Assembly: GCA_963764165.1 (NCBI GenBank)
Contig: CAVXRD010000001.1
Coordinates: 416,001-480,000, forward strand
Reading direction: 5' to 3'
Length of the DNA stretch: 64,000 nucleotides
Source of the DNA: an uncultured Verrucomicrobiae bacterium
GTDB taxonomy: Bacteria; Verrucomicrobiota; Verrucomicrobiia; Limisphaerales; Palsa-1400
The translations under genes were made by a program, and so were the position numbers. Below are positions 39,799-49,356 of the stretch, in pieces. Each line of letters opens with the position of its first letter. Positions within the stretch are counted from its first letter, which is position 1. The notes beneath the pieces are model-generated. The model ran no database searches and was not told where the DNA came from. It saw nothing but the letters and a program-made list of their open reading frames with translations.

Positions 39799-41670
39799 TT
39801 AAGCATACACCAGCAAATGGATTTCATCGGGCAGGTTGTCCGAGATGTGGCGGATGATGTTGCCGCGCAACAGATGCGCTAACCCTTTGCGTTCCGGCGC
39901 GCCGAGCACCAGATAAGACGCCCCCATCGTCGCCGCGATGTCCACAATCGTGTCTCCCACGGAATCGCTGACTGCGTAACACGGGAAGACCGGGTGGTTT
40001 TCGGCTTTTGCTTTGGCGACGAGGAACACTTCACGGGCTTCGTCGTCTTCCTGCCATTTCTTTTTGTAATCCTGCTCTGTCAGAATCGGCAGCGAGCGGA
40101 CAAAAAGTATGTAGAGCGGACGCCGGGTCAACTGCGCCTCTTGAATGGCGAAATCCAGCGTTTTGCCAATGCCGCGCACGGCGCACATCATTGGCGGCCC
40201 GTCGACGTTGTCCATGCTGAAGCTCGTGGTGGCCATCGCGAGCGTTGCAGCCGCGGCGGGAGCGGATTCCTTCGGTCCCGTTCCTGCGCCGGCGGCGGCG
40301 TCCTTGGCCGCCTTTGAGCGCGAGGCAAATTCTCCAACCAAGCCCCGCGCGATCAGGCCGATGACCAGCACCGCCATCGCGAATTTGAGAGCGGTCGGCT
40401 TGTAGACAAACAGCGAAATCTCAATCGCGAGCATGATGACAAAAGTCACGTACATGACAGCGCGCTCCCATTTTGCCAATCCGAGTTTTTTGTCTGTGCT
40501 GCAAGCCCCAAGATTCGTCGCAATCGCGCCGACCACTCCGACCGCATACAAATCCGCCAATCCGCTGACGTCTTTCACCGCCAAAACCAGCAAGGCCGGG
40601 ATGACCGTAGCGATGATCAGGCCAAGATTGGGCACGCCAAATTGGTTCAGCTTTTGGAAGCGGGCGGGCAATTCGCCGTCGCGCGACATAAGAAAGGAAA
40701 TCGCCACCAGATCAACGATGGCCGTATTTACCGCCGAAAGCAGCAGGACGCCGAACACGATGCTTACGATCAGAGCGGCCGCATACGATATGCCCGGATG
40801 GGCGGCGCCACCCACGAACATCTGCGCCATGTAACGCAGCATGTAATCGCGAACGCCGGGATTATTAGGCGCGTCGACATCAGGGTTCAACGGGTCCGTG
40901 CTATTGATTTTGAGGTCCGGCAGCGCGTGCATTGCCAATCCCAACAGCGCCGTGAAAAGGCAGACCTCGACCATCACCAGCAGGATCGCAGGAGTGGAAG
41001 TCTTGGAAACATTCGGATTGGCGTCAGAACACCCTTTATTGAGCCTCATCACCCCCGTTGAGTTCGCAATGGCCTCCACGCCGGAAAGGGCCAAAACGAC
41101 GCCCACGAAGCCCTTCCAGTTGGCCATGAATCCGCCGGTCGGCCGCACGACATGGTGTATCGCGTCTGGCAGATGCGGCAGGCAGAATATGCCCAACAAT
41201 ACCACGACGATGACCGTCGGAATGGAGACCAGGGCTGCCAACGTGCCAGAATGGCGCGGCCCAAAAACATTGATCAGTCCGATAATGACAATGAGCGCCG
41301 CGGCCCAATACTCCGGGTGCGAAAATTGGAGATATTGAAAAGCCGAAAGCGCGCTCAGGGCCGCCGTCACTATATAATCCGCCACCAGCAAAAACGCCCC
41401 GACTATGGAGATGATGACGGACCGATGCCGGACGCTCGCATAAACGCCGCCGCCATCCGGGTAATGCCGGCAGATGGCCATGTAATTGACCCCGACAAGG
41501 GCGGTCAGGAGGCACATGGCGGCAATCAGCCAGAACGAGCTGTAGCCGCCCACCGCGAAGGCAAGCCCGATGACATAGGCCTTGCTGGTGCCCCAATCGC
41601 CATAAAGAATTGCCGCGGCGCGGGGAACATCGACGTTGCGTGGACGCCGGGTGTTGCCTGTCACCATCAT
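39799..41670 (-). CDS. APC superfamily permease with C-terminal universal-stress-protein domain
   Basis: About 12 TMs, YPDGGGVY, LSGVEAIAN; C-terminal DTIVDIAATMGASYLVLGA...LLRGNI USP-like end. Confidence 0.88.
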   Translation of the reverse strand: MMVTGNTRRPRNVDVPRAAAILYGDWGTSKAYVIGLAFAVGGYSSFWLIAAMCLLTALVGVNYMAICRHYPDGGGVYASVRHRSVIISIVGAFLLVADYIVTAALSALSAFQYLQFSHPEYWAAALIVIIGLINVFGPRHSGTLAALVSIPTVIVVVLLGIFCLPHLPDAIHHVVRPTGGFMANWKGFVGVVLALSGVEAIANSTGVMRLNKGCSDANPNVSKTSTPAILLVMVEVCLFTALLGLAMHALPDLKINSTDPLNPDVDAPNNPGVRDYMLRYMAQMFVGGAAHPGISYAAALIVSIVFGVLLLSAVNTAIVDLVAISFLMSRDGELPARFQKLNQFGVPNLGLIIATVIPALLVLAVKDVSGLADLYAVGVVGAIATNLGACSTDKKLGLAKWERAVMYVTFVIMLAIEISLFVYKPTALKFAMAVLVIGLIARGLVGEFASRSKAAKDAAAGAGTGPKESAPAAAATLAMATTSFSMDNVDGPPMMCAVRGIGKTLDFAIQEAQLTRRPLYILFVRSLPILTEQDYKKKWQEDDEAREVFLVAKAKAENHPVFPCYAVSDSVGDTIVDIAATMGASYLVLGAPERKGLAHLLRGNIIRHISDNLPDEIHLLVYA

Positions 41671-41758
41671 CGGTATGTGTCGGAAATCACGCCGGGAAGT
41701 TAGGAAGCCCGCCCTCCATTGGCAAGCCATTAGTAGATTCGAGCCAGCGCGCTGTGAC

Positions 41759-41869
41759 GGCAGGGCGAGGTTCCGTTGATCCCATTTTGGATTTTAAGGC
41801 TTGTGGCGAATGACGCCTCCGGAACGCGCGGAAAAATTGAATCAGGGCTCGACCCAGTCCAGCCCTGCC
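41759..41869. repeat. REP family 1 inverted doublet (degenerate)
   Basis: GGCAGGGCGAGGTTCCGTTGATCCC (41759-41783) and GGGCTCGACCCAGTCCAGCCCTGCC (41845-41869). Confidence 0.78.
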
Positions 41870-42154
41870 ATTAGATATTTTTTACTGTAGTCCCACCTAT
41901 TTGTGGCATTATTCCATTAAGCAAATAAATGACATATGGAAGTTGGATGGCCCCCGCGGCCATGGTCGGAGATTCAATTTGTTTTCTCGCCTCCCCCTCT
42001 CTCCGCAGGCGGGGCGACGGAATCGGCCAGAGCGGCTTGCGCGGCTATTTTGCCAAAAAGAGCGATGCGCCCCTGCCCAATAGCGTCCGCGGATGTTGGT
42101 TGTCATTTCAAGCGCGAACTCGCTATAGTGGCCCGCCAACATTTGGCGCGCGAC

Positions 42155-42544
42155 ATGAATAAGAGCACAAAATCCCCGGTTACGAATGGCCTGCGCGATA
42201 TTTCGGTGCAGGATTTTTGGAGCAATCCCTTGTTGCCGGCTGAAACCCTTCAGGCCAAGCTCAACGGAATCCCCGTCGATCCAAAAGTGTTCCCGCAATT
42301 GGCCGGGGAGATTCGGCTGATTCAGGAGCTGCTGTTCGCTTTCGGATCGCGGCGTTACGGGGCGATTTCCATGCTCGCGATTGTCGATATCCTCCAGGCG
42401 ACGGATTATTTCATCGCGCTTGACGACGGCAAACCGGACAGCAAAGAGGACGGTTACTCCGACGACGCGGTTGTGATCCACAAAGCAGTTCTCAAGCACG
42501 AGTCAGAGCTAAAAGCGTTCAAGCAGTGGCTGCATTCGCAGTAA
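42155..42544 (+). CDS. Divergent YkvA/DUF1232-like protein
   Basis: YFIALDDGKPDSKEDGYSDDAVVI resembles YF..P.D.IPD...GY.DD; ATG 42155 preferred. Confidence 0.6.
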   Translation: MNKSTKSPVTNGLRDISVQDFWSNPLLPAETLQAKLNGIPVDPKVFPQLAGEIRLIQELLFAFGSRRYGAISMLAIVDILQATDYFIALDDGKPDSKEDGYSDDAVVIHKAVLKHESELKAFKQWLHSQ

Positions 42545-42628
42545 GAACGCAGAGGCACGGACGCCTCGCCGGGTCCATCTCCACACAACCTTTTGCGTTA
42601 AACGGCTTTCTGTCCTATTTTGACCGCG

Positions 42629-43891
42629 ATGCGCACAGACGCCGCGGCAGCCACTCCAGCACGATCTCAGGACGCGACGGAACGGACCGTGATGTCCATT
42701 CTCGTCGCGATTAGCTTTTCCCACATGCTCAATGACACGATTCAATCCCTCATCCCGGCGATTTATCCGGTGGTGAAGGATTCGTTTCATTTGAATTATT
42801 CCGAAGTCGGAATGATCACGCTGGCGTTCCAGATGACCGCCTCGCTGCTGCAGCCGCTGGTCGGCCATGTCGCGGATCGTCGCCCGCAACCATACGCGCT
42901 GGCAGGCGGGATGTGTTTCACACTGATTGGTTTGGTGCTGCTGGCGGTGGCGGGAAGCTACCCGATTTTGCTGGTCGCGGTGGCGCTGGTCGGTGTCGGA
43001 TCGTCCGTGTTTCATCCGGAAGCCTCGCGGCTGGCTTACATGGCGGCGGGCAAACGGCACGGATTCGCCCAGGCCCTTTTCCAACTCGGCGGCAACATGG
43101 GCAGTTCGCTCGGGCCGCTGCTGGCTGCGATCATCGTGGCAGGCGCTCACGGGCAAATCCGTGTCATCTGGTTCACAGCGGTCGCGGTGATCGCGATCAT
43201 CATCTTGTGGTACGTTGGCCATTGGTATGGGCGGAACACGTTCCGGCTCAAACCGCGTCCGCGCCCGGAAGCTCATGGCGGACAAAGACTGTTGTCGCAA
43301 AGAAAAGTGGCTTTCTCCATCGGCGTTTTGGCCGTGCTGATGTTCTCGAAATTTTTCTACCTGACCAGCATGAGCAGCTATTACACATTTTATCTGATCG
43401 ATAAATTCGGCGTATCCGTGCGCAGCGCACAACTTTACCTGTTCGTCTTTTTAATTTCGGTGGCGGCAGGAACTTTTGTGGGCGGACCGGTTGGCGACAA
43501 ATTTGGACGCAAATATGTGATTTGGGCGTCCATCCTCGGCGCGGCGCCATTTACCCTGCTCCTGCCGCACGCAAACCTAGTTTGGACGGCGGCGTTGTCC
43601 ATTCCGATCGGGTTGATTTTGTCCTCCGCCTTTTCGGCAATTTTGGTTTATGCGCAAGAATTGGTTCCCGGAAAAGTGGGATTGATCGCGGGTTTGTTTT
43701 TCGGACTGGCCTTCGGCATGGGTGGATTGGGATCCGCGCTGCTGGGCAAACTCGCCGACAAGACGAGCATCAATTTTGTTTTTCAAGTTTGCGCCTATCT
43801 GCCGTTGCTTGGCTTGCTAACCGGATTTCTGCCGAACCTTGAATCTCGCGGCGCCATCAGTCTGGGCGCTGAATCAGAGATAGAGGCTTAA
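42629..43891 (+). CDS. fsr: MFS transporter, fosmidomycin-resistance (Fsr) family
   Basis: SHMLNDTIQSLIPAIYP, SLLQP.VG, GSSVFHPEASR, GPVGDKFGRKYVIW, AFSAILVYAQEL.PG. Confidence 0.88.
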   Translation: MRTDAAAATPARSQDATERTVMSILVAISFSHMLNDTIQSLIPAIYPVVKDSFHLNYSEVGMITLAFQMTASLLQPLVGHVADRRPQPYALAGGMCFTLIGLVLLAVAGSYPILLVAVALVGVGSSVFHPEASRLAYMAAGKRHGFAQALFQLGGNMGSSLGPLLAAIIVAGAHGQIRVIWFTAVAVIAIIILWYVGHWYGRNTFRLKPRPRPEAHGGQRLLSQRKVAFSIGVLAVLMFSKFFYLTSMSSYYTFYLIDKFGVSVRSAQLYLFVFLISVAAGTFVGGPVGDKFGRKYVIWASILGAAPFTLLLPHANLVWTAALSIPIGLILSSAFSAILVYAQELVPGKVGLIAGLFFGLAFGMGGLGSALLGKLADKTSINFVFQVCAYLPLLGLLTGFLPNLESRGAISLGAESEIEA

Positions 43892-44076
43892 TCTGTCCCG
43901 CGCTGTCCTTTTCAAAGATTGCCGACAGCGTGGCGCGCATGGCTATTGACAAGGCAACCGGAAACGGCGCATTGCCAACCCCGGGCGGACACGCGCGGGG
44001 CGTTCGTTTCCTTGATTTCACACAGGCGAACTCGACAGATGCGAGCGGCCTTTGTAGACCTATCTGCGGCAAAACT

Positions 44077-46569
44077 ATGAAAACTCAATTTTTACTCGCG
44101 TGCCTCGCGGCTGGGTTGATGTCCTGCACCGTTTCGGCTCAAACCATGCGGCAACCGTCCGAAGAGGTCAACAGCCCTGAGGTTCGCCAGCGGCAGGGGC
44201 TCTCGCCCAACACGAATCTGCTTTTTAATGGCTGGGGCGTTACGCCCGCCGGGCAGCATTGCGTCATTAGCGACCTGCCCTTGCGCCTGGTTGTTGCGCC
44301 GGACCAGAAGCGGCTACTGGCCGTGCACGGAGGTTATACGAAACAGGGCGTGACATTGATCGACCCGAAGACGCGCGAGCAAACGCAGTTTCTTCCGCTC
44401 GCTGAATCGTGGAACGGGCTGGCCTTTAACAACGACGGCAGCCGTTTCTATGTCACCGGCGGCGACTCGGGTTTGCTGCACGTCTTTTCCTACAAAAACG
44501 GCGAGGCGGCGCTAGAGCAGTCCGTCGAGCCGGAATTAAATGCGGCTTCCACCTTCCTCGCCGGCATCGCCGTAAATCCCCGTTCGGGCGACATCTACCT
44601 CTGCAACGAAGGCAATCAGGAAGTTTGGCGGGTTGACGCGGCAACGCTTAAGGTGACCGCGAGGATTCCCGTTGGCGAACATCCGCATAGCTGCATTTTT
44701 GGCGCGGACAAGCGCCACCTTTACGTGAGCAATTGGGGCAGCCGGAGCGTCAGTGTTATTGACACGGAGAAGGGCCGCAAGGTGCGCGATATTGCAGTTG
44801 GCCGGCGGCCCAACGAATTGACGCTCAGCCCGGATGGCCGCTTGTTCGTGGCGTGCGCCGGTGACAATACTATCCACGTCATCCAAACCCACTCTTTGGA
44901 AAAGGCGCGCGTAGCTGCGGACGCAACCAAGAGACTCGATGAATCCACCCGTGAAATCATCGCGACCTCGCTTTATCCCGATTCTCCCGAGGGCAGCACG
45001 CCGGATGCGGTGGCGGTTTCCCCGGACGGGCGCACCCTGTTCGTGGCCAATGCCGACAACAACGACGTGATGGTGGCCGATATTTCCAATTCGGGTTCCG
45101 AATCCGCCCGAAAAAATGACGAGTCGGTTTCGGTGGTGGAAGGATTCATTCCAGTCGGCTGGTATCCCAGCGCCATCGCGGTGAGCCCCGATAACCAAAC
45201 GCTATATGTCGCCAACGGCAAAGGGCTTTCGTCGTGGGCGAACTATCCGAAGAAAGGCGCCGAAGGCCGCAAGCAGGGCAAAGGCTTCGATTACATCGCC
45301 AATCTATTCTCCGGCTCTGTGTCGTTCATCGCCAAGCCGGATGCCGCGCAAATGGCGGCCTACACGGCGCAAGTGCGTCGGAATTCCCCATACACGCCTG
45401 GCCAGTTTGAACACGCCCCAGTCGCCAGTGACTCCGCCGTCCCCGACAAAGCCGGCCAGCCCTGCCCGATCAAATATGTACTTTACATCATCAAGGAGAA
45501 TCGGACCTACGACCAGGTCTTTGGCGATTTCAAGGACGCGCATGGCAATCCAGCCGGCAACGGCGAGCCGGCGATCACGATGTACGGCGAAACCGTGACC
45601 CCGAACCATCACAAGCTTGCCCGAGATTACGTTTTGTTTGACAATCTTTACTGCAATAGCGAGGTGAGTGTCGACGGCCACAGTTGGTGCGACGCGGCGA
45701 TTGCCACCGACTTCAACCAGCGCTCCTGGATCATGAGCTATTCCAAGCATGGAAAATTGCCGGGCAATGATGAAATGGAAACGCCGACTTCCGGATATCT
45801 TTGGGATCTTTGCCGCCGCCATGGGCTGAGCACGAAAAATTACGGGGAGGCCGCCTATCGCGTGCCCAGCGCCAATCGCGGCCATTGGCCGAGCGGCCGC
45901 GACATGGACCGGGTGCAAGGCTGGATCAGCGACTTGCACGAAGCGGAACAGACGGGCGCGATGCCGCGTTTGGCGATCATGAGCCTCGGCGAGGATCACA
46001 CCAGGGGCACTGCGCCAGGCGCTTTCACGCCGGACGCTTCAGTAGCCAGCAACGACCAGGGCCTGGGCAAAATTGTCGAAGCCGCCAGCCACAGCAAGTT
46101 CTGGAACGAGATGGCGATTTTCGTCATCGAAGACGACGCGCAAAATGGACCTGACCACGTCGACGCCCACCGCACGGCTGGACTTGTCATTTCGCCGTAT
46201 TGCAAGCGAGGTTTTGTTGACAGCACGTTATACTCGACAGCCAGCATGGTTCGCACCATTGAGTTGATTCTGGGCCTTCCGCCATTGACGCAATACGACG
46301 CCGGCGCGACTCCAATGTTCAATGCTTTCAGCAAAACGGCCAAAGCTGATCCGTATGCGCGCCTCAATCCCGGCGTGGATGTGTTCGCCAAGAACACGCC
46401 CAAATCCCCCGGGGCGAAACAGTCCGCGAAAATGAATTTTCGCGATTACGATCTTGCGCCGGAGGACGAATTGAATCGCATCCTGTGGGTGGCCGCTAAA
46501 GGACCGGATGTTCCGTACCCCACGCCGATACACCGCACCATTTTGACAAGTGAATCTGCCGCGAGGTAA
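44077..46569 (+). CDS. YncE/YVTN beta-propeller fused to a phosphoesterase (alkaline phosphatase superfamily) domain
   Basis: IPVGEHP, LYVSNWGS, IPVGWYP, LYVANGKG repeats; YIIKENRTYDQVFGD, EDDAQNGPDHVDAHR. Confidence 0.9.
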   Translation: MKTQFLLACLAAGLMSCTVSAQTMRQPSEEVNSPEVRQRQGLSPNTNLLFNGWGVTPAGQHCVISDLPLRLVVAPDQKRLLAVHGGYTKQGVTLIDPKTREQTQFLPLAESWNGLAFNNDGSRFYVTGGDSGLLHVFSYKNGEAALEQSVEPELNAASTFLAGIAVNPRSGDIYLCNEGNQEVWRVDAATLKVTARIPVGEHPHSCIFGADKRHLYVSNWGSRSVSVIDTEKGRKVRDIAVGRRPNELTLSPDGRLFVACAGDNTIHVIQTHSLEKARVAADATKRLDESTREIIATSLYPDSPEGSTPDAVAVSPDGRTLFVANADNNDVMVADISNSGSESARKNDESVSVVEGFIPVGWYPSAIAVSPDNQTLYVANGKGLSSWANYPKKGAEGRKQGKGFDYIANLFSGSVSFIAKPDAAQMAAYTAQVRRNSPYTPGQFEHAPVASDSAVPDKAGQPCPIKYVLYIIKENRTYDQVFGDFKDAHGNPAGNGEPAITMYGETVTPNHHKLARDYVLFDNLYCNSEVSVDGHSWCDAAIATDFNQRSWIMSYSKHGKLPGNDEMETPTSGYLWDLCRRHGLSTKNYGEAAYRVPSANRGHWPSGRDMDRVQGWISDLHEAEQTGAMPRLAIMSLGEDHTRGTAPGAFTPDASVASNDQGLGKIVEAASHSKFWNEMAIFVIEDDAQNGPDHVDAHRTAGLVISPYCKRGFVDSTLYSTASMVRTIELILGLPPLTQYDAGATPMFNAFSKTAKADPYARLNPGVDVFAKNTPKSPGAKQSAKMNFRDYDLAPEDELNRILWVAAKGPDVPYPTPIHRTILTSESAAR

Positions 46570-46626
46570 GCGAGGACAAGACTTCGAATAGCAGAAGGAC
46601 CGAGGAAATAGAGAGGAAGATTGCAA

Positions 46627-46657
46627 CCGCGGCCGGTCTTCGACACAGCCGCGCCCC
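46627..46657 (-). repeat. REP-like family 3 solo copy
   Basis: CCGCGGCCGGTCTTCGACACAGCCGCGCCCC. Confidence 0.78.
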
Positions 46658-46804
46658 GCCTCACGGCGTCGCCGCTCACTTCCCAATTGCCTCGGTTTTT
46701 TCGCCCTCCGCATTTTTCGCTGGCCATTCAAATGGATAATGGTATGAATAAAGAAGGATTCCGAAGCGTGTTGGCGGTCATCATCCTGAACCGAAAATGG
46801 ATAT

Positions 46805-48964
46805 GTGAACGAAGCCCGTGTCATCTCCTCGCAGGCGGCAGGCGAAAGCGAACGGACGGAATTGGTGCGGCTCCGTTTGGCTGCCATTGTTGAATCTTCT
46901 GACGACGCCATCATTGGCGAAAACCTCGAAAGCATCATCACCGATTGGAATCGTGGCGCGGAGCGAATGTTCGGTTACACCGAGGCCGAAATGCTTGGAA
47001 TTTCCTGCGTCAATATCATCCCGCCCGACCGTCAAGATGAGGAAAACTTCATCCTTGGGAAAATTCGGAGCGGCGAGCGGGTGGACCACTTCGAAACCCT
47101 GCGGCGGAGCAAGGATGGGCGCCTCATCCCCGTATCCATCACGGCGTCGCCAATAAAAGATATTTATGGCCTGATTGTTGGAGTCTCGAAAATTGCCCGG
47201 GATATCACGCTGCAAAAGGAGCACGAAACCCAGCTCGCGAGGATGACCCGGCTTCACGCCGCCCGGAGCCAGATCAACCAGGCCATTGTCTGGTCCGCCA
47301 CGAGTGACGGATTGTTTCAGGAAGTCTGCCGCATACTGGTTGAAGCAGGAGGGTTCTGCATGGCCTGGGTAGGCAGGAACAATCCCGACACCTCGGAGAT
47401 TTTGCCCGTTTCAGTGTACGGGAAGGAATCAGACTACCTCCAGACTGTAAAGGTTTTCAGTGATGACCGGCCGGAAGGACGGGGCCCGACGGGACTGGCG
47501 GTGCGAACGGGCCGGCCCTACATCTGCAATAACATGCGCCAGAACCCAGTCACGCTCCCATGGCGGACGCAGATATCGCAGCGAGGCTTTCAATCCTCGT
47601 CCAGTGTCCCAATTCGCGTTGGCAGCGGTGTTTGGGGAGTGCTTGCTGTCTACTCCGATGACCCGTGGTTTTTCAAAGACGCCGAGGTGGGGCTGTTGGA
47701 GGAAGCGGCGGTGGACGTTTCGATCGCGCTTGACGCGCTGGCCGAGAAGGCTGCCCGCCGACAAATCGAAATAGTCGCAGAAAATGAACGGCTTTTTTCC
47801 GCGACGATGATCGATAGCATGCCCGGCATTCTCTATTTCTATGACATGCATGGGCGCTTTATGCGTTGGAACAAGAATTTTGAAACCGTCTCCGGCTATT
47901 CCGCCGCCGAGATCAGCCAAATGCACCCTCTGGATTTCTTTCGGGATGAAGAAAAGGAGGCGCTGAAACAGCGAATCGCGGAGGTTTTTGAAAAGGGCGA
48001 ATCTTTCGTCGAGGCCCCCTTCCTTTCCAAGGATGGGCGCACCACCCCTTATTTTTTCACTGGCAGGCGCGTCGAATTCAACGGCTCGACCTGCCTTGTT
48101 GGAGTCGGGATGGACTACACCAAGCAAGTGAAAGCCGAGAAGCAGTTGCGCGTTTTGAACCAGACGCTCGAGCTTGAGGTCGCCGAGCGGACGAGCGATT
48201 TGCAAACGGCCCTGGCGCGCGCCGAAGCGTCCGACCGGCTTAAATCCGCATTCCTGGCCACGATGTCGCATGAACTGCGCACGCCACTCAATTCGATCAT
48301 CGGGTTTACGGGGATTGTTCTGCAAGGATTGGCTGGCCCCCTGAACGCGGAACAGTCGAAGCAATTGGGAATGGTGCGCACCAGCGCGCGGCATCTTTTG
48401 GAACTCATCAACGACGTGCTCGATCTTTCCAAGATCGAAGCGGGACAATTGGAGCTGCGGCCCTCGTCGTTTCAATTGCGCGATTCGCTCGAACGCGTGC
48501 TGGGACTGGTCAAACCCATGGCGGAGGCGAAGGGATTAGCGTTGACAGTGGAGGTTTCGGCGGATTCATGCGAAATCACCAGCGACCGCCGCCGGGTGGA
48601 GCAGATACTTCTTAACCTGGTCAACAACGCCATCAAGTTCACTTCCTCGGGCGCAGTGACGGTGCGGGCTGAGCGAATCGCGGCCCATCAATTCGCCGGA
48701 AACTCGGGGGCGGCCGCCGCCATCCGGCTGAGCGTGATTGACACGGGCGTTGGCATCAAGCCGGAAGACCTGGCGTGTTTGTTTCAACCGTTTCACCAGA
48801 TTGACTCCGGCCTGGCGAGGCAGCACGAGGGCACTGGCCTTGGCCTGGCGATCTGCCAGCGTCTGGCGGGCCTGCTGGGAGGAGAAATTGCCGTCGCCAG
48901 CAAATGGGGCGCGGGAAGCGAGTTCTCCCTGGTCATGCCGGCAGCCATTTCTCCCAACTTATGA
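46805..48964 (+). CDS. Soluble sensor histidine kinase (PAS-GAF-PAS-HisKA-HATPase)
   Basis: LAAIVESSDDAII PAS, GRGPTG GAF, MSHELRTPLN H-box, NLVNNAIKFT, DTGVGI, GTGLGL. Confidence 0.95.
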   Translation: MNEARVISSQAAGESERTELVRLRLAAIVESSDDAIIGENLESIITDWNRGAERMFGYTEAEMLGISCVNIIPPDRQDEENFILGKIRSGERVDHFETLRRSKDGRLIPVSITASPIKDIYGLIVGVSKIARDITLQKEHETQLARMTRLHAARSQINQAIVWSATSDGLFQEVCRILVEAGGFCMAWVGRNNPDTSEILPVSVYGKESDYLQTVKVFSDDRPEGRGPTGLAVRTGRPYICNNMRQNPVTLPWRTQISQRGFQSSSSVPIRVGSGVWGVLAVYSDDPWFFKDAEVGLLEEAAVDVSIALDALAEKAARRQIEIVAENERLFSATMIDSMPGILYFYDMHGRFMRWNKNFETVSGYSAAEISQMHPLDFFRDEEKEALKQRIAEVFEKGESFVEAPFLSKDGRTTPYFFTGRRVEFNGSTCLVGVGMDYTKQVKAEKQLRVLNQTLELEVAERTSDLQTALARAEASDRLKSAFLATMSHELRTPLNSIIGFTGIVLQGLAGPLNAEQSKQLGMVRTSARHLLELINDVLDLSKIEAGQLELRPSSFQLRDSLERVLGLVKPMAEAKGLALTVEVSADSCEITSDRRRVEQILLNLVNNAIKFTSSGAVTVRAERIAAHQFAGNSGAAAAIRLSVIDTGVGIKPEDLACLFQPFHQIDSGLARQHEGTGLGLAICQRLAGLLGGEIAVASKWGAGSEFSLVMPAAISPNL

Positions 48965-49356
48965 AACCGGGGACTGTTTTATTGATTGAGGACAACGCGC
49001 AGAACCGCTACCTTGCCACCTACCTGCTTGAGAAGCATGGCTACAACGTGGTGGCCGCAGTGGATGGCCCACTCGGGATTGAAGCGGCCCGGCAGGCAAA
49101 TCCGCATCTGATACTCTTGGATATACAATTGCCCTTGATGGACGGTTACGCCGTGGCCCGCTCTTTGCGCGCGATTCCTTCCCTGCGCGCCGTTCCCATC
49201 GTGGCGGTGACTTCGTATGCCATGGTGGGAGATCGCGAGAAATGCCTGGAAGTCGGCTGTGACGGATACATTGAGAAGCCAATCAACCCGGAAACGTTCG
49301 CCGCGGAGATCGGGCGATTTCTAAACCCAAACGCTGCGGACCCGGCCAGCCCATGA
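48961..49356 (+). CDS. Single-domain response regulator (DivK/CheY-like)
   Basis: LLIEDN, LLDIQLP.MDG, VAVT, YIEKPI; ATGA overlap with the kinase. Confidence 0.93.
   Translation: MKPGTVLLIEDNAQNRYLATYLLEKHGYNVVAAVDGPLGIEAARQANPHLILLDIQLPLMDGYAVARSLRAIPSLRAVPIVAVTSYAMVGDREKCLEVGCDGYIEKPINPETFAAEIGRFLNPNAADPASP

Noticed and set aside
41987..42018. GC-rich hairpin possibly from another repeat family or a riboswitch for the APC gene
   Set aside because: Single degenerate copy; no riboswitch consensus recognisable
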